Assembly (NCBI GenBank): GCA_036508915.1
Contig: DATCGM010000044.1
Span: 1,096 to 65,095 of the forward strand
Source: Gemmatimonadaceae bacterium
GTDB taxonomy: Bacteria; Gemmatimonadota; Gemmatimonadetes; Gemmatimonadales; Gemmatimonadaceae
Direction: 5' to 3'
Length of the DNA: 64,000 nt
Numbering within the stretch: position 1 is the stretch's first letter; the number at the start of each line of letters is the position of its first letter. The notes under the pieces are model-generated. The model saw only the letters and a list, made by a program, of their open reading frames with translations. It was not told where the DNA came from and made no database searches. Below, in pieces: positions 8,909-18,261 of this stretch. A program made the position numbers and the translations under genes.

Positions 8909-9699
8909 CGGATGAGTGCCACCGCGTTGTCGTGTGTTCACCGATTGCAACGCTGTTCGCGGAGCCGCGTGTCGCCAGCGCCCCAATCTCACAGCTCCTC
9001 GCCGGCCGTATCGCCGATGTTCTCGAGGAGCGCGACGATTGGTCTCGCGTGCGGGGACCCGACGAGTACGAAGGGTGGATGCACCGCGGCTACATCACGC
9101 AGGTTCCCGACGATACTGCTCGGCGCAGCGTGCAGACCGGTCGGATCTCGCTCGGCTGCGTGACGACCACGCCGTCAGGCGCGCGGCGACGGATGCCCCT
9201 CGGTGCGTTTCTGTCGCCGGATGAGCGCGTCAAAGCCGGCGAGGTGATTGCCACGGTTGAAAAGGACGAGCTCTTTCCCGCGGAAGCGGGCGCGATCACG
9301 CGCAGCGCACAGCTCTTCTTCGAGGGAACGAGCTATGTATGGGGCGGCGTGACGCCATGGGGCTGCGACTGTTCCGGCCTGGTGCAGAGCGTCTACTGGC
9401 TGCACGGGATCCAGCTTCGCCGCGACGCCTGGCAACAGGCGCAGCAGGGAGCACCTGGCGAAGCCGACCTGCTGAATGCGCGCGCGGCCGATCTCCTCTT
9501 TTTTTCTGATCGCGTGGACCAGCACATCACGCACGTCGCGATCTCGCTTGGTGGCGGCTGTCTCGTTCATCTCGCGCTCGGCCGTGGGGGTTACGCCGTG
9601 GAGCGGCTGGATGACGCGCGCGATCCCTATGTGCGAAAGCTGTTTGAGCGGTTCGTCACGTCGCGCCGGATTCTCGCCCCGGCGCGCGCAGACGATTGA
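8905..9699 (+). CDS. SH3b + NlpC/P60 (C40) cell-wall peptidase
   Basis: SH3-like N-terminus (DWSRVRGPDEYEGWMHRGYI) and an NlpC/P60 core (YVWGGVTPWGCDCSGLVQSVYWLHGIQLRRDAWQQ...THVAISLG). ATGA overlap with the upstream gene. Confidence 0.85.
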   Translation: MTDECHRVVVCSPIATLFAEPRVASAPISQLLAGRIADVLEERDDWSRVRGPDEYEGWMHRGYITQVPDDTARRSVQTGRISLGCVTTTPSGARRRMPLGAFLSPDERVKAGEVIATVEKDELFPAEAGAITRSAQLFFEGTSYVWGGVTPWGCDCSGLVQSVYWLHGIQLRRDAWQQAQQGAPGEADLLNARAADLLFFSDRVDQHITHVAISLGGGCLVHLALGRGGYAVERLDDARDPYVRKLFERFVTSRRILAPARADD

Positions 9700-9705
9700 C
9701 GAAGG

Positions 9706-10134
9706 TCAGCTCATCAACACCGGCGTGCGCGGAACTGGCGCCGCCGCGGCCGGCCGTACTTGCACCGGCACCTCGGCGTGTGTCGTGCCGTCGAGTCCCA
9801 CGCGCATGACGTAACGCCCGGCCAGATCGAGCGGGAGATCGAGCTGCGCGATGAGCGGAAAATCCATCTCGACCACGCCGACCGGTGGCGATACCACACC
9901 GAGCTCACCGTCACTGCTCCACAACTCGGAGCCGCTCGGGCTCATCCATTGAAGGGTGACGCGATGCGCCCCAGCATCCGACGGCGAGCCCTTGAGGTGC
10001 ACGACGAGAGTGGCGCGGGGATGCAGCGAGGGCAGCGCGCTGACCTGCAGCGCGTCGAACACGCCCAGGATGTTCAGTTTTCCTTCCTGCGACACGTTCG
10101 CCGCATCGGCGAACAAAGCGAAAGTCATATGCAT
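9706..10134 (-). CDS. Hypothetical protein (142 aa)
   Basis: The ORF has coding-like composition and converges on the NlpC/P60 gene with only 6 nt between the stop codons. I cannot place it in a named family from memory. Confidence 0.5.
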   Translation of the reverse strand: MHMTFALFADAANVSQEGKLNILGVFDALQVSALPSLHPRATLVVHLKGSPSDAGAHRVTLQWMSPSGSELWSSDGELGVVSPPVGVVEMDFPLIAQLDLPLDLAGRYVMRVGLDGTTHAEVPVQVRPAAAAPVPRTPVLMS

Positions 10135-10196
10135 CGTGAATAGTAGAAGCGAGCGCCGCGGTTTGAAACACCCCGCCGGTCGCCTAGGTTTACGAC

Positions 10197-11147
10197 ATGG
10201 CTTCCTCCTTGTATGTGACTACACCACCCGAGCGGACGCAGCGCGTCCCGTCAGGCCTGTCCGTCACCGATCTGCTTCTGATCTGCATGGCCCTCGTATG
10301 GGGCCTGAATTTCATCGTCGTCAAGTTCGCCACCGGTGTGTTCGCGCCGCTCGCGTTCAACAGCACTCGCATTCTGCTCGCGGTCGTGGTCCTTTGGGCG
10401 ATCTTCCTCGGCCGCCGGCTTCCGCTGCCCAGCCGCCGCGACATGCTCGTCATGCTCGCCCTCGGAATGCTCGGCAATGGACTCTACCAGATTCTCTTTG
10501 TGGAAGGACTGGCGCGTACCCGGGCCAGTGATGCCGCCCTGCTCGCCGCGGCGTCGCCGGCGTTCATCGAGATCATCGGTTGGGTGCGCGGCCACGAGCG
10601 CGCCGGAGTGCGCGGCATGAGTGGCATCGCGCTCTCGCTGGCCGGCATCGGCTTCGTCGTCACGGGTGCCTCCCACGGCGCAACTGGTCAGTCGACGCTG
10701 GTTGGCAACGCGCTCATCCTTGGCTCGGTGCTCTGCTGGTCGTTCTATTCCGTCTTCCTCAAGCCGTTCACGGAACGCGTCGATGGACTGACGCTGTCGG
10801 CCGTGACGATGACGGGAGGAATCATCCCGATGCTCATCGTGGCGGCGCCATCGCTCGTTGCCACGCGGTGGGGCGCCGTGCCGACGGCCGGCTGGGCCGC
10901 CGTCGCCTATAGCGGATTGGTCGCACTCGTCGTCGGGTACCTGTTCTGGTATCGCGGCGTGCGCGTGCTCGGTCCCACGCGTGCAGCGATGTACTCCAAT
11001 CTTCAGCCACTCGTAGCGATGAGCGCGGGGTGGGCGCTACTCGGCGAAACGCCGCGCGCCATGCAGCTCATGGGCGCGCTCTGTATCATCGGCGGCCTTC
11101 TGCTCACGCGCCTTCCCGTCGATCAGGCGATCGTGGCGCACGAATGA
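10197..11147 (+). CDS. EamA/DMT-family transporter
   Basis: About ten hydrophobic segments and duplicated EamA-like halves (LICMALVWGLNFIVVK...; ILGSVLCWSFYSVFLKP...). Confidence 0.85.
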   Translation: MASSLYVTTPPERTQRVPSGLSVTDLLLICMALVWGLNFIVVKFATGVFAPLAFNSTRILLAVVVLWAIFLGRRLPLPSRRDMLVMLALGMLGNGLYQILFVEGLARTRASDAALLAAASPAFIEIIGWVRGHERAGVRGMSGIALSLAGIGFVVTGASHGATGQSTLVGNALILGSVLCWSFYSVFLKPFTERVDGLTLSAVTMTGGIIPMLIVAAPSLVATRWGAVPTAGWAAVAYSGLVALVVGYLFWYRGVRVLGPTRAAMYSNLQPLVAMSAGWALLGETPRAMQLMGALCIIGGLLLTRLPVDQAIVAHE

Positions 11148-11836
11148 AAGTCGTTCTCTTCGACATCGACGGCACGCTGCTCTGGACCGACGGCGCCGGG
11201 CGGCGCGCGGTGCATCGAGCCCTCGAGGACGTATTCGGCGCGCCGGCTCCGGATGGCCATGAGTTCGACGGAAAGACCGATCCGCAGATCGTACGCGAGC
11301 TGATGCGTCTCGCCGGTGTTGCCGACGACGCGATCGACGAGCGTCTCCCCGAGGCGCTTCGGCGCTACGTGGAACTTCTCCATCAGGAGCTCTCGGGCGC
11401 CGATCACACGGTCAAGACCTATCCCGGCATCGCGCCGCTCCTCGACGCACTCGACGCGCGCGACGATGTACTGCTCGGTCTGCTCACTGGCAACGTGCAT
11501 GAAGGAGCGCTCGCGAAGCTCGACGCGGTTGGTCTCGCGCGCGATCGTTTCAGGATCGGCGCGTTCGGCTCCGATCACGTGTCGCGTCCGGAATTGCCTG
11601 CCATCGCGCGAGCGCGAGCCGAGTCGCTGCTCGGTCACGCGGTAATGGGTGAAGACGTGATCGTCATCGGCGACACGCCGGCCGATATGAGCTGCGGGAA
11701 TGGAATCGGCGCGCGTGCGATTGGCGTGGCCACCGGTCGCTACTCCGTAGACGAGCTTCGTGCTTGCAACGCGGCCGCTGTTTTTCCAGATCTCTCCGAC
11801 ACGGTGGCGGTCATGCGCGCCATACTCGGAGAGTAG
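11144..11836 (+). CDS. HAD-family hydrolase (phosphoglycolate phosphatase-like)
   Basis: MKVVLFDIDGTLL (DxDGT motif I), LLTGN and VIVIGDTPADM. ATGA overlap with the EamA stop. The longer track ORF from 11030 is rejected. Confidence 0.8.
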   Translation: MKVVLFDIDGTLLWTDGAGRRAVHRALEDVFGAPAPDGHEFDGKTDPQIVRELMRLAGVADDAIDERLPEALRRYVELLHQELSGADHTVKTYPGIAPLLDALDARDDVLLGLLTGNVHEGALAKLDAVGLARDRFRIGAFGSDHVSRPELPAIARARAESLLGHAVMGEDVIVIGDTPADMSCGNGIGARAIGVATGRYSVDELRACNAAAVFPDLSDTVAVMRAILGE

Positions 11837-11839
11837 ACG

Positions 11840-12433
11840 ATGCTCGAGGTCGAGCTCAAGAGCGTGGTGGACGACCTGGCGCGCAGGCGAGCTGCCGTCG
11901 AGGCCGCCGGAGCCGTCCTGGTCTTCTCGGGCCGGCTCGAGGATCGCCGGTACGACACGAGCGACCGAACGCTCACCGCTCGCGATCATGTGCTTCGCGT
12001 CCGCGTCTACCGCGATGCGCACGCCGTGCGCGCCGAACTCGATTTCAAGGGGCCAATGCGGCGCGAGGACGGATACAAGATGCGCGAAGAGATCGACGCG
12101 CACGTCGCCGATCCCGATGCGCTCATCGCTATTCTCGGCAGGCTCGGCTACGAAGTCACCATCGCGATCGATCGGGAGATCTTCCAGTACGAGCTCGACG
12201 GCGCGATGATCCGCTTCGAGAGGTACCCGCGGATGGACGATCTCGTCGAGGTCGAAGGTCACCCCGATCGGATCGAGCGCGCGATCAAGGCGCTTGGCCT
12301 GCCGCGCGATGGATTCCTCACCGATCGCCTGCCGGATTTCGTGCGCTGCTTCGAGGAGCGTACGGGAACGCGCGCCGCGGTCTCGCATGCCGCGCTTGCC
12401 GGCAACGAACGCTACGACGTCTCCGATGCCTGA
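11840..12433 (+). CDS. CYTH-domain protein (class IV adenylyl cyclase/triphosphatase-like)
   Basis: N-terminal MLEVELK (ExExK CYTH signature), about 197 aa, with an RVRVY...ELDFKG pattern. Confidence 0.7.
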   Translation: MLEVELKSVVDDLARRRAAVEAAGAVLVFSGRLEDRRYDTSDRTLTARDHVLRVRVYRDAHAVRAELDFKGPMRREDGYKMREEIDAHVADPDALIAILGRLGYEVTIAIDREIFQYELDGAMIRFERYPRMDDLVEVEGHPDRIERAIKALGLPRDGFLTDRLPDFVRCFEERTGTRAAVSHAALAGNERYDVSDA

Positions 12434-12908
12434 AGCGCTCATCCTCCCCGAGCTCACGCGATCGCTTCGCTCGCTCGGCGAGCAGCGCGATGCTGCGACG
12501 GAGGCGGCGCACGCTGCGATCTTCCTTCCACTCCTCGACGCTCGCGCGCGAGCTGCCGGTGCGCCGATAGATGCCGTTCTCGCCGCGCTCCGCGGCGACG
12601 CACTCTCGGCGCGCGTCGAAGCGCGGGCCGTTGACGCGGCGGTGCAGGGCGTCGGGGAGCCGGCACGAGTGCGAGCGCTCACCGCGCAGACCGGTGAGCT
12701 GATGGAGCCGCTCCGAGCCGCGCTCCTTGCCCTCGACGTGCTCGCTTCAGCGGCGCGGGACGACGCAGCCGGATGGGATGCGTGGGTCGCGCAGTTGCGC
12801 CGAGTGTTCGCGAGCGCCGACGTCGCCTGTCAGGGGTTCGCGCGACTGTTCGCCGATCGCCGCGCACGGGACGCCGCACCTCGCTGGTTCGAGCGCTCGG
12901 CGCGATGA
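12426..12908 (+). CDS. Hypothetical Ala/Arg-rich protein (160 aa)
   Basis: An ATG at 12426 overlaps the CYTH gene end by 8 nt, and the stop overlaps the acpS ATG (ATGA). No motif recognised. It could be a shadow frame. Confidence 0.4.
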   Translation: MPEALILPELTRSLRSLGEQRDAATEAAHAAIFLPLLDARARAAGAPIDAVLAALRGDALSARVEARAVDAAVQGVGEPARVRALTAQTGELMEPLRAALLALDVLASAARDDAAGWDAWVAQLRRVFASADVACQGFARLFADRRARDAAPRWFERSAR

Positions 12909-13291
12909 TCGTCGGTGTCGGCATCGACATGGTCGAGGTCGAGCGCATGCGGAAGCTGCTCGAGCGCAAGGGCGAGCGGGCCCTGAAGCGCCTCTTCACC
13001 CTCGGCGAGCTCGCGTACGCTCGCACGCATCCCGAGCCGGAGCGGCAGCTCGCCGCGCGGGTTGCGGCCAAGGAGGCGGCGTACAAGGCTCTCTCTGGGA
13101 ACGACCTCGCCAAGGCGATCGGGTGGAGAGAATTCGAGGTCGTCTCTCAGCGCGGCCAGGCCCCGGTGCTCGTTCTGCATGGCCGAGCCCAGGCCCGGGC
13201 GAGCGAGCTTGGCGTGTATCGCGTTCACCTTTCGATCACGCACACCGAGCACATGGCGGCGGCGTATGTCGTTGCGGAGCGCGCGGGGTAG
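12905..13291 (+). CDS. acpS: Holo-[acyl-carrier-protein] synthase
   Basis: MIVGVGIDMVEVERM...AAKEAAYKAL...SITHTEHMAAAYVVAE, typical AcpS length and motifs. Confidence 0.85.
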   Translation: MIVGVGIDMVEVERMRKLLERKGERALKRLFTLGELAYARTHPEPERQLAARVAAKEAAYKALSGNDLAKAIGWREFEVVSQRGQAPVLVLHGRAQARASELGVYRVHLSITHTEHMAAAYVVAERAG

Positions 13292-13394
13292 CTGACTCGA
13301 CGGTGCAATGCGCAGCTTCTCTGACATCGGGAGCGTGCTGCCGACTTCAGAAGACCTAGCCCGGCCTCTGCAATCCCGATATATTTTCTCGGCA

Positions 13395-15587
13395 ATGAGA
13401 ATCACGACCGTTCTCAACCGTTTAACGCTGTTCGGGGCGCTCTGCGCCGCCGCACCAGCCGCCGCCCAGGAGCATCCTGCGCGGCGCGTGGCCAATATCG
13501 TCAACGTGGCGGTCGCGGAGTACGGCAAGGCGGTGGACGCGCAGGGCCGGCTCATCAGCGCGCAGGAATATCAGGAGGCCAATGACTTCCTGGCCGACGC
13601 CCGCAAAGCCGCGGAGCGTCTCTCGGGAGACAACGCGGCAGCGGCGCGCGCGCTGCTCGATTCCGTTGCCGCGGCCGCCCGTGCGAAACGTCCTCCCGCC
13701 AGGCTCGACTCGCTGCAGCAACGGTTCGCCGCGATCCTCGGCAACGAAGCGAAACTCGAGCTGCCGAACCAGCCTTTGGACTTGGCGCAGGGCAAGGCGA
13801 CCTACCAGCAGACCTGTGCGAGCTGTCATGGCGCCGCCGGGCTCGGCGACGGAACTGCCGGCGCAAAGCTGAACCCGTATCCGTCGGCGATCGGGACGAC
13901 GTCGCACATGAAGGGCGTCACGCCCGCGCTGATGTATCGCGTCATCTCGGTCGGCATTTCCGGGACGCCGATGGTCGGCTTCAGCGGAGCGCTCACCTCG
14001 ACGCAGCGCTGGAACCTCGTCGCCTACATCAACTCCATGCGGGCGACGCATTCGCAGCAGTTGGAGGGGGAAGGACTCTTCACGCAGCGATGCGCCTCCT
14101 GTCACGGGGTCGTCGGCGCGAGCGACGGAACGCTCGCACGTTCGCTGACGAAACTTCCGCCGGAGATCGGCACCGTCGCGTGGCAGGTTGAACGTAGCGA
14201 CGATCAGATCGCCGCCGTCGCGCGCGACGGAATCGCCGGATCGGCGATGCCCCCCTCGCGCGACCTCTCGAACGCGCAGGTCGCGAACGTCGTCGCGTAC
14301 ATTCGTTCGCTGCCGATGAAGGAGCGCAACGCGGCCGCGCTAGCCGCCGGCGCAGACAGCACGAGTGCCACGGCTGCGGCGCGAAACGTTCTCGCACAGC
14401 TCGAGCAGTCGCTGAACGCGGCACGAAGTGGCCGTCCCGGCGACGCCGGCGACAAGGCATTCGACGCCTACATCGCCTTCGAGCCCATCGAGGCTCCGGC
14501 GCGCGCGAAGAATCCTGGCCTCGTCGTCTCGATGGAGCGCCAGTTCGCCGAGTTCAAGGCCGCCGTCCGTTCGAACAACCTTCGCGATGCAGAGCATCTG
14601 CGCGATGCGATCGAAGCGACGCTGCCCGAAGTCGTCGCGCTCACCGCGCCGTCGGGAAGTGCCAGCGAAGCCTTCTGGCAATCGTTCCTCATCATCCTGC
14701 GCGAAGGCTTCGAGGCGATTCTCGTCGTTGGCGCGATCGTCGCCTTCCTGCTCAAGACGGGACACAAGGAGCGGCTGCGCAGCATCTGGATGGGCGTGGG
14801 CTACGCACTCCTCGCGAGCGCCGGAACTGCCGTCGTGCTCAAGACGGTGCTCTCTGCCGTCCCCGCAAGCCGCGAGATCATCGAAGGGACGACGCTGCTG
14901 CTCGCTGTCGCCGTGCTCTTCTCCGTGAGCTACTGGCTCATCTCGAAGGTGGAAGCGGCGAAGTGGCAACAGTTCATCAACGAGAAGGTCAGCGCTGCCC
15001 TCGATCAGGGTGGCGGCCGCGCATTAACCTTCGTCGCCTTCCTCGCCGTGTACCGCGAGGGTGCCGAAACGGCGCTGTTCTACCAGGCGCTGTTCAGCGA
15101 GGGGCCGCACGTCGCGCTGCCGCTCTCGCTCGGCATCGTCGCCGGATTCATCGCGCTGGCGGTCATCTTTACGCTCTTCTATCGCTTCGGCGTGAAGATC
15201 CCAATCCGGCCGTTCTTTGCCGTCACGAGCGTGCTGCTCTACTACATGGCGTTCGTGTTCACGGGTACGGGCGTTCGCGAACTCCAGGAGGGCAACGCCA
15301 TCCCGCTCTCCGCGATCTCCGGATTCCCGCACATCGAATGGCTCGGTCTCTATCCGAGCTGGCAGGGAGTGCTCGCGCAGCTCGCGCTGCTGCTCCTCTT
15401 TGCCTTCGCGGTGCTCAGGACCTTCTGGCCCAAGCGGTCTGTCGCGCTGCCGACGGTGATGCCGGTGCAGCCACAGCCGGCGCGCGTGAGTGCGGACGTC
15501 GCCGAGATCCGCGCCGAGAATGAAGAGCTGAGCCGGAGGCTCGCCGCGCTCGAGGAAGCGGTCGGTCGGGAGCCAGCTGGCAGTTAG
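13395..15587 (+). CDS. Fusion protein: N-terminal dihaem c-type cytochrome plus C-terminal FTR1/EfeU-type iron permease
   Basis: Signal peptide MRITTVLNRLTLFGALCAAAPAAAQ. Two CxxCH sites (CASCHGAAG, CASCHGVVG). Then seven TM-like segments with two REXXE motifs (ILREGFEAI, VYREGAETA). The track start at 13308 is also possible. Confidence 0.85.
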   Translation: MRITTVLNRLTLFGALCAAAPAAAQEHPARRVANIVNVAVAEYGKAVDAQGRLISAQEYQEANDFLADARKAAERLSGDNAAAARALLDSVAAAARAKRPPARLDSLQQRFAAILGNEAKLELPNQPLDLAQGKATYQQTCASCHGAAGLGDGTAGAKLNPYPSAIGTTSHMKGVTPALMYRVISVGISGTPMVGFSGALTSTQRWNLVAYINSMRATHSQQLEGEGLFTQRCASCHGVVGASDGTLARSLTKLPPEIGTVAWQVERSDDQIAAVARDGIAGSAMPPSRDLSNAQVANVVAYIRSLPMKERNAAALAAGADSTSATAAARNVLAQLEQSLNAARSGRPGDAGDKAFDAYIAFEPIEAPARAKNPGLVVSMERQFAEFKAAVRSNNLRDAEHLRDAIEATLPEVVALTAPSGSASEAFWQSFLIILREGFEAILVVGAIVAFLLKTGHKERLRSIWMGVGYALLASAGTAVVLKTVLSAVPASREIIEGTTLLLAVAVLFSVSYWLISKVEAAKWQQFINEKVSAALDQGGGRALTFVAFLAVYREGAETALFYQALFSEGPHVALPLSLGIVAGFIALAVIFTLFYRFGVKIPIRPFFAVTSVLLYYMAFVFTGTGVRELQEGNAIPLSAISGFPHIEWLGLYPSWQGVLAQLALLLLFAFAVLRTFWPKRSVALPTVMPVQPQPARVSADVAEIRAENEELSRRLAALEEAVGREPAGS

Positions 15588-15646
15588 GCAGAAGCCAACC
15601 AATTCATCGGCTGCGCGTTGGGTCCGTCGGATACGACAGCCTCGCG

Positions 15647-16507
15647 CTACGCCGCCGCGACGACATCCGGCGCATAGATCCCTTCCTTTCCAGGAGCGAC
15701 TCGCGACCGCGCGATCATCACGACGACGCCTAAGGCGACGAACACCAGCGCGATCCCCTGCGCGTATGTGAGGCCGACCAGCAACCGGTCGTCCTTCGCG
15801 CGAAAGAACTCGATGACGAACCGCTCGAGTCCCGCGAACACCATGTACACCCCGAACAGCCATCCCTGGGCGTGCTTGTGATCGCGCATGCGCCACAGCA
15901 CGAGGAACATGATGAATCCGAGCACCACCTCGTAGAGCTGCGTCGGATAGACCGAGAGCACCGCGTTGGGACTGACGCCGTCGGGTACCATCAACCCAAA
16001 CTCGTGCGCCATCACCCCTGCCGTCGATGGCGGTGCGCCGTCTGGAAACGCGACGGCGAGAAATCCCTTCCACGGACGTCCGTAGTCGTCGCCCACCGCC
16101 CAGCATCCGGTGCGCCCCACCGCATACGCCGCCGCGCATGCAATTCCGCCGACGTCGAGCATCCGCCACGTGCCGAACCGCTTCTTCGCAACGACAGCCA
16201 TCACCGCGAGCGTGCCGCCGATCAGCCCACCCCAGTAGACGAAGCCTCCGCGCTCGAACATCGCGTTCCAATGTCCGAGCACGATGACATAGTAGAGCTT
16301 TGCGCCGAGCAATCCGCCGATCACCGCGGCGAAAACCATGTCGCTCACTGGCTCGGGGTCGTGGCCCCGCCGCGCGAGTTCGTGTTGCGCCACCGCCTGT
16401 CCGACGAGAAAGGCGAGCAGCACAGCGAGCCCGAAGCCGGTGAAGCCGACCGGTCCGTAACTGTAGGCGAAGGGATGATGAACGATGGGATGCGGCAGAA
16501 ACGTCAT
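15647..16507 (-). CDS. lgt: Prolipoprotein diacylglyceryl transferase
   Basis: MTFLPHPIVHHPF...GLLGAKLYYV...GRTGCW...YPTQLYE. ATGA overlap with the tsaD stop. The longer N-terminal extension in the track ORF is rejected. Confidence 0.9.
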   Translation of the reverse strand: MTFLPHPIVHHPFAYSYGPVGFTGFGLAVLLAFLVGQAVAQHELARRGHDPEPVSDMVFAAVIGGLLGAKLYYVIVLGHWNAMFERGGFVYWGGLIGGTLAVMAVVAKKRFGTWRMLDVGGIACAAAYAVGRTGCWAVGDDYGRPWKGFLAVAFPDGAPPSTAGVMAHEFGLMVPDGVSPNAVLSVYPTQLYEVVLGFIMFLVLWRMRDHKHAQGWLFGVYMVFAGLERFVIEFFRAKDDRLLVGLTYAQGIALVFVALGVVVMIARSRVAPGKEGIYAPDVVAAA

Positions 16508-17541
16508 GCGCTCACGAGACCGGGGATGGGAAGAGACGCAAAGGCATTGAGGTCGAGCGGAGCGCGTTCTCCCTGCTCGAAATGATACAATCCGGCGCGC
16601 GCGATCATCGCGGCGTTGTCCGTCGCGAATCGTGCGCTTGGTGCGTATACGGTTGCACCGGCGCGCTTCAGGCGCCACTGCATCGCGGCGGCGAGGGTCC
16701 GGTTCCCCGCGACGCCGCCGCCGAGCACCACGCGCTCTCGGCCGTAACGCTCCACGGCGCGCGCAGTCTTCTCGACGAGCGTCTCCACGAGGGCATCGTG
16801 AAATCCGCGCGCGATGTGCGGATAGTCGTCCGGCGATCCCGCGCGCACGGCGTAAAGCACGGCCGTCTTGAGCCCGCTGAAGGAGACGTCGTAGTAGTCG
16901 GCGTCACCCGGCTGCTGATTGCGCCGCAACATGGGACGGGCAAAGCGAAAGCGCGACGCATCGCCCGTGGCCGCGAGCCGCTCGACATGCGGACCTCCCG
17001 GATACGGCAGACCGATGAGCTTCGCCACCTTGTCGAATGCTTCGCCGGCCGCATCGTCGCGCGTGCGGCCGAGCATGCGATAGCGTCCCCAGGCTTCCAC
17101 GTCCATCAGCAGCGTGTGTCCGCCCGAGACGAGCAGCGCGGTGAACGGAGGCACCGCGTCGCGATGCTCGAGCGCGGTCGCGAAAAGATGTCCCTCCATG
17201 TGATGCACGCCGACGCACGGGATCCCGCGCCCGTATGCGAGCGCCTTCGCGAAGCTCACGCCAACGAGCAGAGCGCCAACGAGACCGGGCGCGTGCGTGA
17301 CGGCCACGGCATCCACCTCGCCAAGCCCGACGCCGGCGTCCTCGAGCGCTCGCTTCACGACTGGCACGATGGCGGTGAGATGCTGCCGCGACGCGATCTC
17401 CGGAACGACGCCGCCAAAAATGCGGTGAACGTCCTGCGAGAGAATGACGAGCGACTCGAGCGTCACGTCGTCGCCCTCGCCGCGCAGCACGGATGCCGAC
17501 GTCTCATCGCATGACGTCTCGATGCCGAGGATGCGCGTCAT
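16504..17541 (-). CDS. tsaD: tRNA N6-adenosine threonylcarbamoyltransferase
   Basis: MTRILGIETSCDETSASV...HHMEGHL...GGVAGN, the canonical TsaD/Kae1 pattern. Confidence 0.95.
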   Translation of the reverse strand: MTRILGIETSCDETSASVLRGEGDDVTLESLVILSQDVHRIFGGVVPEIASRQHLTAIVPVVKRALEDAGVGLGEVDAVAVTHAPGLVGALLVGVSFAKALAYGRGIPCVGVHHMEGHLFATALEHRDAVPPFTALLVSGGHTLLMDVEAWGRYRMLGRTRDDAAGEAFDKVAKLIGLPYPGGPHVERLAATGDASRFRFARPMLRRNQQPGDADYYDVSFSGLKTAVLYAVRAGSPDDYPHIARGFHDALVETLVEKTARAVERYGRERVVLGGGVAGNRTLAAAMQWRLKRAGATVYAPSARFATDNAAMIARAGLYHFEQGERAPLDLNAFASLPIPGLVSA

Positions 17542-18248
17542 GGAATCGGCGCGCCTCGCACCATGACCTTCACCTGCGACGGCAGCACGCGAACACCGAG
17601 GCCCGTCGTGTCGAGGTCGGCTACGTGACGCAGGGTGTCTCCCCGCACGATGGACAGCGAGAAGGGATGGATGCTTTCTATCCGGCGCACCACTCGGCGC
17701 GGTCCCGTGATGCGGACCATCGCCGGCTCGAACTCGACGTGGTCCGCGGCGCTCAGCGATGTGTCGTCCTGCACGAGAATGCGGCCGCCGCTCGACACCG
17801 GCACGCGGCGTGTCGCGCGAGTGCCGAATCGCAGCGTCACACTGCGTGGCTGCACGTCGAGTATTCGAACCTCGTTCGTGAACTCGGCGGGGAGCCGCAC
17901 GTCGGCAGGAGTGACGTCGAGCACGAGTGTATCGGGTGCGTCGCCATCGACCCTGCGATGAACGGCGGGTGGGTCTGCGTAGAGCTTCACGATGTCCACT
18001 GCGCGGCCGGCGACGAGGGCCTGGAGCTGCGGCGGCGTATCGAGCAGGACGAGTGTGCTGTCGAGCGCCGGAATGACCTTCACGCGCACGGAGCCCTCGG
18101 TGGGCTGGCGCGCGCTCACGATGAGCCAGAGCAGTACCGCAATGAGGATTGCCGTCGCCTTCAGGCCGAGTCGCTCCGTGAACGCGGCACGAACGGCGTT
18201 CCGCCAGCTCAGGTGCTCGGACGCGCCTGGCGGCGGTAGTGCGGTCAT
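17538..18248 (-). CDS. YbbR/CdaR-like membrane-anchored protein
   Basis: N-terminal TM segment (ATAILIAVLLWLIVSA) followed by beta-rich repeats resembling YbbR domains. No cdaA gene is adjacent, so the call is tentative. Confidence 0.45.
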   Translation of the reverse strand: MTALPPPGASEHLSWRNAVRAAFTERLGLKATAILIAVLLWLIVSARQPTEGSVRVKVIPALDSTLVLLDTPPQLQALVAGRAVDIVKLYADPPAVHRRVDGDAPDTLVLDVTPADVRLPAEFTNEVRILDVQPRSVTLRFGTRATRRVPVSSGGRILVQDDTSLSAADHVEFEPAMVRITGPRRVVRRIESIHPFSLSIVRGDTLRHVADLDTTGLGVRVLPSQVKVMVRGAPIP

Positions 18249-18261
18249 GGTGCCACCGCCG

